Part shown: one piece after another, positions 1 through 10,415 of the stretch
How the letters are laid out: every line of letters starts with the position of its first letter
Numbering within the stretch: position 1 is the first letter of the stretch
The notes under the pieces: generated by a model
Told to the model about the DNA's origin: nothing
The model's input: the letters and a program-made list of their open reading frames with translations, nothing else
Database searches by the model: none
Position numbers and translations under genes: made by a program
Source of the DNA: an uncultured Desulfobacter sp.
GTDB taxonomy: Bacteria > Desulfobacterota > Desulfobacteria > Desulfobacterales > Desulfobacteraceae
Direction of reading: 5' to 3'
NCBI GenBank assembly: GCA_963665095.1
Contig: OY762069.1
Span: 832,001 to 896,000, forward strand
DNA length: 64,000 nt

Positions 1-1
1 A

Positions 2-883
2 CGGGAAATCCAGAAAGGCAAGCTGATTCTGGATCTGCATTACAATATTGACGGTGATAAGCTCAATTCAAGCAACCGGGCCATTTTTGACCAGCTGACC
101 CTGGGCAAAAAAGTGGAAAGTGAGAATGCAACATCTTTGCCTTTAGATCTGGCCCTTTCCCTGCTCAAGGATACGAAGGGACAGATTAATCTTGATCTGC
201 CCATTGATGGGGATATGAGTGACCCGACATTCCATTTCGGGAAGGTTCTGGGTACGGTGTTGAAAAATTTTATTACCAGCGTGGTGACCCAGCCCTTTAA
301 ATTTTTAGGCGGTCTGGTGGGCATAGGCAGCGGTCAGGATCTGGGGTTTGTGACATTTGATCCCGGTGCTGGCCAGCTTGACCAGACTCAAAAGGAAAAA
401 CTGGATAAGCTGGCAATGGTACTTAATAAAAAGCCTGGCCTGAAACTTGAAATTCTGGGCCAGTACAACAAGGTTAATGACGCTGAGCAGCTAAGGCAGG
501 GGAAATACGAAAAACTGATACTGTCCATGGATACAACCGGTTCCCGGGAGGGTGATACCAAACTTGCGGATATACCCGAAGAGGAACGAAACTTTCTGAT
601 AGAAGCGGCTTATGAGGCAGCCACATTTCTTAAACCACGGGATGAGTCCGGGAACATTAAAGAAGTGAGCCTGACGGAAAAAGAAAAATTATTGGTCACC
701 AGCATGCCTGTCGATGAAGGGGAACTCAATGATCTGGCCCTTCAGCGGTCCAGCGGAATCATTGAGTATTTAACTGCCACAGGCGGGATTGACACAGGCC
801 GGCTCTTTGTTACAGATCCGGAAGCGGTTTCAGATGCAGAAGAAAACAGCCGGCAGGTTAAAGCCACTTTTACATTGAAATAG
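2..883 (+). CDS. DUF748-family protein, C-terminal part with OmpA-like region (5' partial)
   Basis: Frame is open from the window edge (REIQKGKLILDLHY...). Motifs LPLDLALSLLKD..GQINLDLPIDGDMSDPTF and V.FDPG..LD..Q..KLDKLA..L..KPGLKLEI are typical of DUF748 C-termini. Confidence 0.8.
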   Translation, partial: REIQKGKLILDLHYNIDGDKLNSSNRAIFDQLTLGKKVESENATSLPLDLALSLLKDTKGQINLDLPIDGDMSDPTFHFGKVLGTVLKNFITSVVTQPFKFLGGLVGIGSGQDLGFVTFDPGAGQLDQTQKEKLDKLAMVLNKKPGLKLEILGQYNKVNDAEQLRQGKYEKLILSMDTTGSREGDTKLADIPEEERNFLIEAAYEAATFLKPRDESGNIKEVSLTEKEKLLVTSMPVDEGELNDLALQRSSGIIEYLTATGGIDTGRLFVTDPEAVSDAEENSRQVKATFTLK

Positions 884-913
884 ACGGGTAACTTGAGGTT
901 AATGAAGATAATG

Positions 914-952
914 CAATGGGCACCCGAGGAATTGGGGTGCCCATTGATTTTT
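914..952 (+). terminator. Intrinsic terminator between convergent genes
   Basis: Perfect 12-bp inverted repeat CAATGGGCACCC/GGGTGCCCATTG followed by ATTTTT. Confidence 0.75.
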
Positions 953-1009
953 AAAGATGTGTGATTCTAAGAATCTGGAGCCGTGACAAATCCTGTGGCC
1001 TTTGAGCCC

Positions 1010-2545
1010 CTAAACTTCCTGAATATCGTCACCCTGCATATCCGCATCTCCCGGCTCAATTTCAGACAGGCGTCTGCAGGGCAGCTTCAGTGTGACAGTG
1101 GTACCTTTGTTCTGGGCTGTGGTGACTGAAATATCTCCCTCACAGCTCAGCGCCACGCTTTTTGCAAAAGAGAGTCCTAATCCCTTTTTCTTTTCAGACC
1201 AGCCTGAGTAATAGGGAGTGAAAATCTGGGATACCTGATTTTGCGGCATTCCTATTCCGGCATCTGTTATGTGAACATATAGATTGGCAGCCTCATAACG
1301 GGTCACAATGAAAATATTGCCATTGGGTTCAATGGCGTGGACGGAATTTTCAATAATCGCCTCAATGGCTTCGGTCAGGTTCTGGCGCGGCATGGGAACA
1401 ATGGGTGTGGATTGAAGATCATACTGGACAATGGCATCTTTTTCCTTGCCAGGTTTCTTTTGGCGTATCGTCTCTATAATCTGATTAATATCTATGGTTT
1501 CATAGATTTCATCATTGATGGCAATGAACCGTTTCACATCGCTGACGGCAATGGACATTTTTTCGCAATCAATAATGGCATTGTCTATAATTTCAGGGTA
1601 ACGCTGGGTAATGCTTTCAAAGTCCATTTCCTGTTTAAGTGTTCTAATATCTTCAATGCATGTGCGGGCTTTATCAACGACGCCCTGGGCATCGCCCTGT
1701 TCTGCTATGTCCTCTTCCAGAACGTCATATTTCTCTAAAAGCGTTTTAATCTGCAACCGGTGATCGCTCATCAGATGCAGATAGGTATCAAGGGCGGTAT
1801 TGGATTTGTCGAAAACCTCCAGGGCCAGGGTGGAAACATCTGAGACAATGGCGGCTTTCTGGGTGGTAAACAACTGTCTTTCAACCTGCTCAAGGGCGGT
1901 TAAAGCCTCTTTGATTCGTTTTGTTTTGGATTCAATCAGACGTTCAAGGGTTTTATTGTATTTGGTCAGGTTGGATTCTGCAACGATACGCCGTGCGATT
2001 TCATCGTTCAGCCGGATGTTTTTGCTGTTGATCTCTCTGTTTTTATCATCAAGTTCGCACAGATGCATGTAGGAACGCAATGCAGTGGTAATGCTCGTAT
2101 AAAGCTTCTGGTCTGTCAGTTCGGTTTTTTGTTTGTAATCATTTATATCATAATTAAGAATGACATCCTTTTCAGGTGCCTGGCCCGGCTGGCCGGTACG
2201 AAGGATAATGCGAATTTTTTTATTGAACAGCTCCTCCCGGATGTATCTGGCCAGTTCAAGACCGGCATGATTGGTCTCCATGACAACATCAAGCAGGCAG
2301 CAGGCAATATCTTCTTCCTGCAGAAGAATGTCCCTGGCTTCCTGACCTGTAAAGGCTGATATAAATTCAAGGCCTTTGTCCATGTACCGGTATCCGTCAA
2401 GCACCAGTTTGGTCATGGAATGGATCTCCTGTTCATCATCCACAATGAGCAGTTTATATTTCTCCTGATCTTCTTCCGGGGTGCTTTCTGTTATTTCTTC
2501 TTCCGTGGCAAAACACAGAGTATCGTCATCTAGGATATCATTCAT
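1010..2545 (-). CDS. Response-regulator receiver / histidine-kinase-like hybrid protein (REC, coiled coil, HATPase_c)
   Basis: REC motifs LLIVDDE, LLDVVME, ILRTGQPG; HATPase boxes ENSVHA, DAGIGM, IFTPYYS, GLGLS. The H-box looks degenerate. Confidence 0.85.
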   Translation of the reverse strand: MNDILDDDTLCFATEEEITESTPEEDQEKYKLLIVDDEQEIHSMTKLVLDGYRYMDKGLEFISAFTGQEARDILLQEEDIACCLLDVVMETNHAGLELARYIREELFNKKIRIILRTGQPGQAPEKDVILNYDINDYKQKTELTDQKLYTSITTALRSYMHLCELDDKNREINSKNIRLNDEIARRIVAESNLTKYNKTLERLIESKTKRIKEALTALEQVERQLFTTQKAAIVSDVSTLALEVFDKSNTALDTYLHLMSDHRLQIKTLLEKYDVLEEDIAEQGDAQGVVDKARTCIEDIRTLKQEMDFESITQRYPEIIDNAIIDCEKMSIAVSDVKRFIAINDEIYETIDINQIIETIRQKKPGKEKDAIVQYDLQSTPIVPMPRQNLTEAIEAIIENSVHAIEPNGNIFIVTRYEAANLYVHITDAGIGMPQNQVSQIFTPYYSGWSEKKKGLGLSFAKSVALSCEGDISVTTAQNKGTTVTLKLPCRRLSEIEPGDADMQGDDIQEV

Positions 2546-3012
2546 AACATCTCCGAAAAAGGCGAAAAAGAGGTTTTTTTATACGAAACGCATACATCGT
2601 ATTAGATTTGTAAAGCATTGTCAATTCACTAATGTACTAAAATTGACTCCTCCTGCTGGGCAGGTATCCTTTGTCAATAGAATACAGCAATGGCCAAAAC
2701 CTTGTATCGTCTTTCATCATCGTTATTTAAGCTGACTTTGATCTTATCACTGGACTGTTTATATTTTTACATGCTTATGGACAACTATAGCCTAATGAAC
2801 CGGACATGAAAAGTATTTTTATGATTGTGTTTCAGGTTGTTGCTGTTTTTATTTATAGCCGGGCCTGAGCACATGGTTTAATCTTAACGTATTGTCTGAA
2901 AACATTTGCGAAAACCGCCTGCCGGGTAGAATGAAATAATCATTGCCTTAAATTTAACAAGTCAGGTATAGTCACTTCCAAAGTAATCCATTTATAATTT
3001 GGAGGAGGAACA

Positions 3013-3666
3013 ATGGCAAATCCGATTGATAATTACTGGCAGCTTAAGTTGGAGGCAGTAAAGGAAAGTCTGGAGAAAAATAATTTTGAAGTTCATATCG
3101 CCGATGATGCTTCCAAAGCCAAAGATCTGGCACTGGAAACCATTATTCCTCCCCTGGGGGCAAAGAGCGTTTCCTGGGGAGGATCCATGTCGTTTATTGC
3201 CACCGGCCTTTTTCATGCCCTGAAAGATAATCCTGCCTTTGAAGTGCTCAATACCTTTAACAAAAAGCTGTCTGCGGAAGAGATGTATGATGTGCGGCGA
3301 AAATCGCTGATGACGGACCTGTTTATCACCGGGACCAACGCAATTACAGAAGCCGGTCAGCTTGTGAATCTGGACATGGTGGGCAACCGGGTGGCCGCCA
3401 TTATGTGGGGACCAAAAAATGTCCTGCTGATTGTAGGCCGCAATAAAATCTGCGCTGATCTCGAAGACGCCATGTTTCGGGTTAAAAATTATGCCGCACC
3501 AGTGAACTGCATGAATCTTGACAAGAAAACGCCCTGTGCAAAGGCCGGGTTCTGCCATGACTGCTCAAGTCCTGATAGAATATGTAATTACTGGACCATT
3601 ACGGAAAAATCCTTCACCAAAGGCCGGATCAAAATTATTCTGGTTAATGAGGATTTGGGGTTCTAG
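3013..3666 (+). CDS. LUD-domain (lactate utilization LutC/YkgG-like) protein
   Basis: GGSMS, FITGTNAITEAGQLVNLDMVGNRVAA, GRNKI, C-terminal CxxxGxCxDCxSPxRIC; strong SD GGAGGAGG. Confidence 0.85.
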   Translation: MANPIDNYWQLKLEAVKESLEKNNFEVHIADDASKAKDLALETIIPPLGAKSVSWGGSMSFIATGLFHALKDNPAFEVLNTFNKKLSAEEMYDVRRKSLMTDLFITGTNAITEAGQLVNLDMVGNRVAAIMWGPKNVLLIVGRNKICADLEDAMFRVKNYAAPVNCMNLDKKTPCAKAGFCHDCSSPDRICNYWTITEKSFTKGRIKIILVNEDLGF

Positions 3667-3777
3667 AAAATAAATCGGTTTTTTTTTGCTTTCTGCCGGT
3701 CTGCTGCGCACAGGCCGCGGATCAGATGTCTGGCGGGTGGCAGGGCCGGAAAATTCAGCAATATCCGCAGGTTTAGA

Positions 3778-4059
3778 TTAGAACCGTACGTCAAAATCAG
3801 TAACCGCCGGATCCACCGGTACGGTTTTGGTGGTGACCTGGTCCACCCGGGAGAAGGTAGCGCCTTTTCGGCACCACGCTACCATTGCCCGGGTCTTTTC
3901 CTGTGTTCCCTGGAACAAGGCCTGTACAGATCCGTCAGACATGTTTCTGACATATCCCGATACCCCGCAGTCCCGGGCGGCAAGGCGGGTTTCATGCCGG
4001 AAACAGACCCCTTGAACCCTGCCGGTGATAGTGACGTGAATGGCACAAAGATCAGTCAC
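3778..4059 (-). CDS. acyP: Acylphosphatase domain, probably also translated from its own internal GTG
   Basis: AGGAGA-ccagaaa-GTG at 4059, in frame with dinB; 93-aa acylphosphatase signature. Confidence 0.7.
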   Translation of the reverse strand: MTDLCAIHVTITGRVQGVCFRHETRLAARDCGVSGYVRNMSDGSVQALFQGTQEKTRAMVAWCRKGATFSRVDQVTTKTVPVDPAVTDFDVRF

Positions 4060-5250
4060 TTTCTGGTCTCCTATGTATTTGGGTGAATCAATGGGAAAAT
4101 CTAAACTTGCCTTTTTTAATGCCTGAATTCCGAATTTGGCCTGCACAGCATCCATGGCCCGGTCCACGGCACTCCACTGATCATAAGCCTTATTTCCGGG
4201 ATCTTCAAATAAAGACAGTTGTACAGGCCGGCCCGGATCCTGAAGGTCTGATACACCCACCCCGACCAGGCGGATCTTTTTTTTCACGGTTACTTGGTTG
4301 AACAGGTCCATGGCATGGTCAAAGATAGCATTAGACGATGAGACCGGTTCCCCAAGGGTTTTTCCCCGGGTAATCTGTGAGAAATCAGAAAATTTCAGTT
4401 TGATATTCACCTTGCGGCATACTTTGTTTTTGGCACGAAGCTGTCGGCCCACCCTCTGGGCCTGGGCAAGAATTAAAGGCTTTACCTCAGTGGAATCAAA
4501 GATATCTTTTGACAGTGTCACTTCTGCAGAAATGGATTTCCGGATGCTCTCGGGTTCCACCGGGGTCAGGTCAATGCCCCTGGCAAGCTGTGAAAGCCGT
4601 TGCCCGAACTTGCCGAATTTATGTTCAAGAAGGCGGGAATCAAATTTTTTTACATCTCCCAGGGTCTCGATGTTAAGAACCTCCATCTGTTTCATGGCCC
4701 GGGTGCCCACTCCCGGAACTTTACTGATGGGAAGAAAGTCAATGACTTTTTGCATCTCCGCTTGGTGAATGATGGTCAATCCGTCCGGTTTCTGCATGTC
4801 TGATGCAATTTTCGCCATAAACCGGACCGGTGCCCCGCCAATGGAGCAGGTTAACGACAACTGCCGGAAGATGGTCTCTTTGATTTTGACTGCCACCTGT
4901 TCCGGTGTGCCGAGAAGTTTTTCACAGCCTGTGATGTCCAGGAAGGCCTCATCAATGGAAACCGGTTCCACCAGCGGAGAGAATTGCCCCAGAATGGCCA
5001 TGATTTTTCGTGAATCCCCGGCGTATTTCTCCCGGCTTCCCGGCTGGATAATCAGATCCGGGCATCTCTGCAACGCCTGGAATACGGGCATGGCAGAGTG
5101 GATGCCAAACCGACGGGCTTCATAACTTGCTGCAGACACCACGCTGCGGCTGGAGTGTCCCGCCACAATAACAGGCTTACCCTTAAGTGCGGGATTATCC
5201 CTTTGTTCCACCGATGCAAAAAATGCATCCATGTCCACATGGAGAATCAT
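3778..5250 (-). CDS. dinB: DNA polymerase IV (Y family) with in-frame C-terminal acylphosphatase domain
   Basis: ILHVDMDAFFASVEQ, SYEARRFGIHSAMP, SIDEAFLD, clamp-binding-like QLSLF; the last ~93 aa carry the acylphosphatase motifs GRVQGVCFR and GYVRNMSDGSV. Confidence 0.93.
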   Translation of the reverse strand: MILHVDMDAFFASVEQRDNPALKGKPVIVAGHSSRSVVSAASYEARRFGIHSAMPVFQALQRCPDLIIQPGSREKYAGDSRKIMAILGQFSPLVEPVSIDEAFLDITGCEKLLGTPEQVAVKIKETIFRQLSLTCSIGGAPVRFMAKIASDMQKPDGLTIIHQAEMQKVIDFLPISKVPGVGTRAMKQMEVLNIETLGDVKKFDSRLLEHKFGKFGQRLSQLARGIDLTPVEPESIRKSISAEVTLSKDIFDSTEVKPLILAQAQRVGRQLRAKNKVCRKVNIKLKFSDFSQITRGKTLGEPVSSSNAIFDHAMDLFNQVTVKKKIRLVGVGVSDLQDPGRPVQLSLFEDPGNKAYDQWSAVDRAMDAVQAKFGIQALKKASLDFPIDSPKYIGDQKVTDLCAIHVTITGRVQGVCFRHETRLAARDCGVSGYVRNMSDGSVQALFQGTQEKTRAMVAWCRKGATFSRVDQVTTKTVPVDPAVTDFDVRF

Positions 5251-5371
5251 GCTTTAAGATGCCATGGCTCCTTTTGCCTTATTTTTTTTGTTTTCTGCCA
5301 GCAGAATTCTTTCTGCGCGTATCGTGCACGCTAAAACAGATCTAAACAGGGCCGCTGTATTATCGAAGCTG

Positions 5372-5400
5372 ATGCTATCCTATCCGTATTAACGGGTCAA
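5372..5400 (-). promoter_or_regulatory. Putative sigma70 promoter of dinB
   Basis: TTGACC-N17-TAGCAT on the minus strand. Confidence 0.4.
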
Positions 5401-5492
5401 GAACATTGGAGATAGCAAACAAAGCAACCATATTTATATAATAGATACAGTTTGTGTTCAAATTCAGTCTTGTCCGGTCAGTAAATCCTTTC

Positions 5493-5520
5493 TTGACAAA
5501 AACAGCCATGCGTATAAATT
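5493..5520 (+). promoter_or_regulatory. Putative sigma70 promoter of the ABC substrate-binding gene
   Basis: TTGACA-N16-TAAATT. Confidence 0.4.
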
Positions 5521-5771
5521 AAAAACTTGTTTTTAGATGGCATTTACATGCCGGAACGATGCTCTTGAGTGTCACAACAGCCAGGGCCAGGGGATTTAGA
5601 GGACAAACGGCCGGCCTGTGATGGTTCTTGCAGGGTCTATGCTTCCTGCCCCGGGGAGAGGATCGATCTCATAGGTACAAGCAGGGGTAAATAAGGAAAC
5701 ATCAAATTCTAAGTCTGTTTATAAAAACAGCGGCATCCGCTGTCCGGAAATTTCGTTTTGCCTGCTGCCTG

Positions 5772-7610
5772 GTGCTTTTTTTACTCTGTGCCGGGTGCAG
5801 CAGAGATGGCGCTGACTCTAAAGCTCCTGCTGATCCACCTTCCAATGCAGGGTTGCCGGACGTTGTTTATGAAAAGCTGCCGGAAAATATCACCTGGCTG
5901 ACCAATGATGAAGACCCGGTATTTTCATCCCCCCATGCCCAAAAAGGCGGGATGGTCAGGGAAGCCATCATGAATTTCCCCATGACCTTCCGGGTGGTGG
6001 GCCCTGATTCCAACGGGTCTTTCAGAAGTGCGATTCTGGATAACCAGCTCTCTTTGATCAATATCCATCCGGTGACCCGAAAAATTGTTCCGGAACTTGC
6101 AACCCACTGGGCATATGCTCCGGATAAAAAGACCATGTATTTCAGGCTGGACAAAGATGCCAGATGGTCAGACGGGGTACCGGTAACTGCCAGGGATTAT
6201 ATTTATACCCTGACATTCATGCGCTCCGAAAATATTGTGGCACCCTGGTACAACGACTATTATACAAAGGAGATTGAATCGGTTACGGCATTTGATGATT
6301 ACACCATTGCTGTGAAAAGCACCAAATCTGTGCCGGATCTTTATCTCAAGCTTGGCATCTCTCCTGTGCCTGAACATTTTTATAAAGACCTGGGGGCTGA
6401 TTTTGTATCAAGATTTAACTGGGCAATTGTTCCAAATACAGGGGCGTACCAGATTCGTGACTTTAAAAAGGGGCGGTTTATCCGGTTTGTCCGAAAAAAG
6501 AACTGGTGGGGCAGGGAGAAGCGGTTTTTTAAAAACCGGTTTAATGTGGATACGGTCCTTTTTACGGTGATCCGGGATTTCAACATGCAGTGGGAATATT
6601 TTAAGAAAGGCCGCCTGGATTCTTTTGGTATTATCCTGCCCAAATTCTGGTATCAGAAATCCAACACCCCGGTAATAAATAATGGATATGTGGAGCGGAT
6701 CTGGTTCTTTAATGATCTGCCCCAGCCGTCCCGGGGGCTGTGGCTGAATCTGGACTGTCCGATATTCAAGGATGTCCGGGTTCGTCTGGCCTTTGCCCAT
6801 GCCATGAATATGGACAAGGTGATTCAAAAGGTCCTCAGGGGCGATTACTACCGGCTGCCCCAGGCGTTTTACGGGTATGGGAAATATACCGATTACACCA
6901 TTCAACCCAAAAGGTTCGATATTTCAAAGGTTGAAGCACTGATGACCGGGGCCGGCTGGCACCGGGGAACAGACGGGGTCTGGTGCCAGGCGGATATGCG
7001 GTTTTCCGTGGTTGTAACCTATTATCTGGAAGAGCATATGCCAAGACTTGCGGTGCTAAAGGAAGAGGCGCTTAAAGCCGGGCTTGAGTTGACGCTTGAA
7101 CGGCTGGACCCCACGGCCATGTTCAAAAAGACCCTTGAGAAAAAACATGAAGCTGCCTGGATGGGGTGGAGTACCGGCATGCGGCCCTCCTACTGGCAGG
7201 GGTGGCATTCGGACAACGCCCACAAACCCCAGACCAATAATATTACCAATACAGATGATCCTGAATTGGATCAACTCATTGACCAGTACCGGGACAGCCT
7301 GGATGAACAGGAACGCATTGGGCTTTCTTTAAAGATCCAGAACAAGATCCAGGAAGTCTGTGCCTATGTGCCATCATATATGGTGCCCTATGTGCGTATG
7401 GCTTACTGGCGCTGGATGCGGTTGCCGAAATTTCACGGCACGCCAATGTCCGACGGGGTGTTCGACCCTTTTGCCGCCGGCACGGGCGGGCTTTTCTGGA
7501 TTGATGAAAAGATACGGCAGGAGACACTTGCGGCCATGGGGCAGGGCAGAACCTTTGCGCCGGTAACGATTATTGATGACAAATATAAAAGGGGTCTCCC
7601 TGAAAAATGA
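5772..7610 (+). CDS. ABC transporter substrate-binding lipoprotein, family 5 (YejA/OppA-like); true start probably upstream
   Basis: Lipobox-like LCAGC; PELATHW, ARWSDGVPVTARD, TGAYQI, DVRVRLAFAHAMN motifs. Confidence 0.88.
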   Translation: MLFLLCAGCSRDGADSKAPADPPSNAGLPDVVYEKLPENITWLTNDEDPVFSSPHAQKGGMVREAIMNFPMTFRVVGPDSNGSFRSAILDNQLSLINIHPVTRKIVPELATHWAYAPDKKTMYFRLDKDARWSDGVPVTARDYIYTLTFMRSENIVAPWYNDYYTKEIESVTAFDDYTIAVKSTKSVPDLYLKLGISPVPEHFYKDLGADFVSRFNWAIVPNTGAYQIRDFKKGRFIRFVRKKNWWGREKRFFKNRFNVDTVLFTVIRDFNMQWEYFKKGRLDSFGIILPKFWYQKSNTPVINNGYVERIWFFNDLPQPSRGLWLNLDCPIFKDVRVRLAFAHAMNMDKVIQKVLRGDYYRLPQAFYGYGKYTDYTIQPKRFDISKVEALMTGAGWHRGTDGVWCQADMRFSVVVTYYLEEHMPRLAVLKEEALKAGLELTLERLDPTAMFKKTLEKKHEAAWMGWSTGMRPSYWQGWHSDNAHKPQTNNITNTDDPELDQLIDQYRDSLDEQERIGLSLKIQNKIQEVCAYVPSYMVPYVRMAYWRWMRLPKFHGTPMSDGVFDPFAAGTGGLFWIDEKIRQETLAAMGQGRTFAPVTIIDDKYKRGLPEK

Positions 7611-8617
7611 CGGATTCAGATACACCTGTGCTATTATCAGTCAACCATCTTGGCGTGACATTTCAGACAGACCAGGGTGAGGTGCGGGTCGTGGATGATG
7701 TCAGCTTTCAGCTCAAAGCCGGTCAGGTTCTCGGGCTTGCCGGGGAATCAGGGTGTGGAAAAAGTGTGACAGCTTTAAGCCTGATGCGCCTGCTGCCCTG
7801 TCCGGTGGCCCGGATCCGGAAAGGGGCCGTCTTGTTTAAGGGCATGGATCTTCTCGGGTTGCCCATTGATGCCATGCACCGTATCCGCGGCCGGCAGATA
7901 TCCATGATTTTTCAGGAGCCCATGACCGCATTAAATCCGGTTCAGCCCGTAGGTCGTCAGATTACTGAAGTGTATACCCTTCATTTCGCCGGTATGACTG
8001 CCCGTGAAAAAAACTCAGCAGCCCTGGAGATGCTTGAAAAAGTGGGGATTGCCGATGCCGGCCAGGTGATGAAAAAGTATCCCCATCAATTGTCCGGCGG
8101 CATGCGCCAGCGGGTGATGATTGCCATGGCGCTGGCCTGTGAACCGGATATCCTTATTGCAGATGAACCTACCACGGCCCTGGATGTGACTGTACAAGCC
8201 CAGATTATGGACCTTATATCTGAGTTTCAAAACCGGACAGGCATGGCTGTGATTTTAATTACCCATGATCTGGGTCTGATTGCAGAAAATTGTGATGAGG
8301 TGGTTGTGATGTATGCCGGGCAGGTGGCGGAGACTGCCGGGGTAAAAGATCTGTTCAAACATCCATTCCATCCTTATACCATGGGGCTCCTTGGGTCAAT
8401 TCCCTCCAGAGCGCAAGTTGCGAAAACCCGGCTGCCCACCATTCCGGGCAATGTACCTTCTTTTGCTGAAATGCCTGCTGGCTGCAGGTTTTGCCGGCGC
8501 TGCAGCCATGCGGTGGATCTGTGTAAAAATCTGCGGCCACAATTACTTCAGATTGGCACAAACCATTATGCAGCGTGCCATCTGGTTGATCCTATTCAAA
8601 AAAAAATAATTTTTTAA
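7607..8617 (+). CDS. oppD: Oligopeptide/dipeptide ABC transporter ATP-binding subunit (OppD/DppD-like)
   Basis: Walker [27 protein letters not shown]-terminal HPYT..GCRFxxRC. Confidence 0.9.
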   Translation: MTDSDTPVLLSVNHLGVTFQTDQGEVRVVDDVSFQLKAGQVLGLAGESGCGKSVTALSLMRLLPCPVARIRKGAVLFKGMDLLGLPIDAMHRIRGRQISMIFQEPMTALNPVQPVGRQITEVYTLHFAGMTAREKNSAALEMLEKVGIADAGQVMKKYPHQLSGGMRQRVMIAMALACEPDILIADEPTTALDVTVQAQIMDLISEFQNRTGMAVILITHDLGLIAENCDEVVVMYAGQVAETAGVKDLFKHPFHPYTMGLLGSIPSRAQVAKTRLPTIPGNVPSFAEMPAGCRFCRRCSHAVDLCKNLRPQLLQIGTNHYAACHLVDPIQKKIIF

Positions 8618-8778
8618 AATTTTCCTTGATTTTTAAGCAAAAGCTAATAATATACATTCAAAGCTTTCGTGAGCAGGGCTTTTAAAGTTTCGTTCTAAGG
8701 GCTGGACCCCATTTGTTGGCGTGGCAGGACCTGAGTTTGAAACTAAAATTATTCACTTAAAGTAAGGAGAGTGTCGCA

Positions 8779-8979
8779 ATGGCAAATGGGATCGTAAAGT
8801 GGTTTAATGATGCAAAGGGGTACGGATTTATCGAGCAGGAGGAGGGACCTGACGTATTCGTGCATCATACCGGTATCAACGCAACTGGCTTTAAGTCTTT
8901 GAACGAGGGTGACCGGGTCACTTTTGATGTGGAAGACGGACAGAAAGGACCGGCAGCGGTTAATGTAACTGTCCAGTAA
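8779..8979 (+). CDS. csp: Cold-shock protein (CspA family)
   Basis: [15 protein letters not shown] and DVFVHH RNP motifs; SD AAGGAG. Confidence 0.97.
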   Translation: MANGIVKWFNDAKGYGFIEQEEGPDVFVHHTGINATGFKSLNEGDRVTFDVEDGQKGPAAVNVTVQ

Positions 8980-8994
8980 AAAAAAGTCTTTTGT

Positions 8995-9033
8995 AAAAGG
9001 GTTTTTAGCTGCTCCGGTTAAAGGCCCTTTTTT
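8995..9033. terminator. Bidirectional intrinsic terminator
   Basis: AAAAGGGTTTTTAGCT/GGTTAAAGGCCCTTTT stem with A and T tails between convergent csp and dehydrogenase genes. Confidence 0.65.
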
Positions 9034-9067
9034 ATTGTTCAATTCAACAATCATCTCCAGTTATAAA

Positions 9068-10318
9068 TCAAAATCTGTCTGGTGAAAACGGTGCAGGATT
9101 AATTTCAGGTTGATTATCCAGAATAAGGTCACTGACCAGTTTACCTGTTCCCGTGGCAAAGGTGAGGCCCAGCATGCCGTGGCCGGTTGCCACAACCATG
9201 TTATCAAATCCCTTCATCCTGCCAATGGCAGGCATGTCATCCCAGGCCATGGGACGCAGGCCTGTCCACTCTTCCACAACCGGGTACCCTACCGGAGACC
9301 GCATATATTCTGCCGCACCCTGGATCAGTTTGTTCATTCGGGTCCGGTTTAATGTCTTTGAGAAGCCTGAAAATTCCATGGTTCCGCCCAGACGGTATCC
9401 GCTCTTCCAGGGCGTTACCACCATATTCCTTTCATGAAGCATGCAGGGAAGATCCGGGCAGATCTCAGGCCTGTTCATGGTGATGCTGTAGCCTTTCCCT
9501 GGTTGTATGGGCAGCCGCAAGTTCAGGAAGGCTGCAATTTCAGGTGTCCAGGTCCCGGCCGCCAGGACAAAGGCGTCTGCTTCATATGTGCCATAGCTTG
9601 TTTTAACCCCGTGGATGGTTCCATTGTCATGGGAAAATCCTGTGGCCCGGCACATCTCTTTGATTTTAAGACCTTTCTGCAGCAGGTTGTTTTTCCAGGC
9701 CGAAACAAGACGGTCCGGGCGGACGTGCCAGTCATTCTTAGAAAACCATGACCCTACGACAGCCGGTGACAGGGCCGGTTCCATATTCAATGTCTCTTCC
9801 CTGCTCAGCCGTTTATATCCCAGTCCGTATTTTTCAAGAAAGGCATTGGTCTGCTCAAAGGCATTGAACTCTTTAGTGGAGAGATATGCGGTTAATATCC
9901 CCTTATTTTCAAAATCACAGGATAGGTTGCCCGTATTAAACAGTTCTTCAAACAGCTTGCCAGAATATGCCAGAAGTTCATATTTGCTTCTGGCAGCCTG
10001 GTTCATGTGTCCTTTGGTGCACTTCATGGCAAAATGCAGCAGCCAGGTGATACGATCTTTGTCCAAGTCCGGTTTGATATAAAGGGGGGTGGTGCCTAAA
10101 AGTGTCCGGATAATTTCCTTGGAAACAGCGCCTGGTGCACAAAGGGTAATGATATCACTAAAATAAAGCAGGCCGCAGTTGCCGTGGGAAGCCCCGCCCC
10201 CGGTCTGTTTTTCTTCCAGGATCGTCACTTCTGCCCCTTGCTTTATCAGGTAGTGGGCGCAGGCAAGCCCGATAATGCCACCACCAATAATAATGATCTT
10301 TTTTTTATCTGCTGCCAT
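9068..10318 (-). CDS. D-amino acid dehydrogenase-like FAD-dependent oxidoreductase (DadA family)
   Basis: GGGIIG, GASHGNCG, QPGKGYS, WTGLRP, ATGHGMLGLT motifs. Confidence 0.88.
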   Translation of the reverse strand: MAADKKKIIIIGGGIIGLACAHYLIKQGAEVTILEEKQTGGGASHGNCGLLYFSDIITLCAPGAVSKEIIRTLLGTTPLYIKPDLDKDRITWLLHFAMKCTKGHMNQAARSKYELLAYSGKLFEELFNTGNLSCDFENKGILTAYLSTKEFNAFEQTNAFLEKYGLGYKRLSREETLNMEPALSPAVVGSWFSKNDWHVRPDRLVSAWKNNLLQKGLKIKEMCRATGFSHDNGTIHGVKTSYGTYEADAFVLAAGTWTPEIAAFLNLRLPIQPGKGYSITMNRPEICPDLPCMLHERNMVVTPWKSGYRLGGTMEFSGFSKTLNRTRMNKLIQGAAEYMRSPVGYPVVEEWTGLRPMAWDDMPAIGRMKGFDNMVVATGHGMLGLTFATGTGKLVSDLILDNQPEINPAPFSPDRF

Positions 10319-10415
10319 AATTCAATGTCCCCAATATTTAGAAAAAAGCAAAATAGAACACTTTTTGTAATATTTCAACTCAAAAAAATGTGCTTTTTGT
10401 CACATAAGTTTCAAA

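Noticed and set aside
5250..5470. LexA/SOS box upstream of dinB
   Set aside because: No match to LexA consensus sequences I know.
5530..5690. Possible ncRNA or riboswitch in the long ABC leader
   Set aside because: No recognisable conserved motif or convincing extended pairing.
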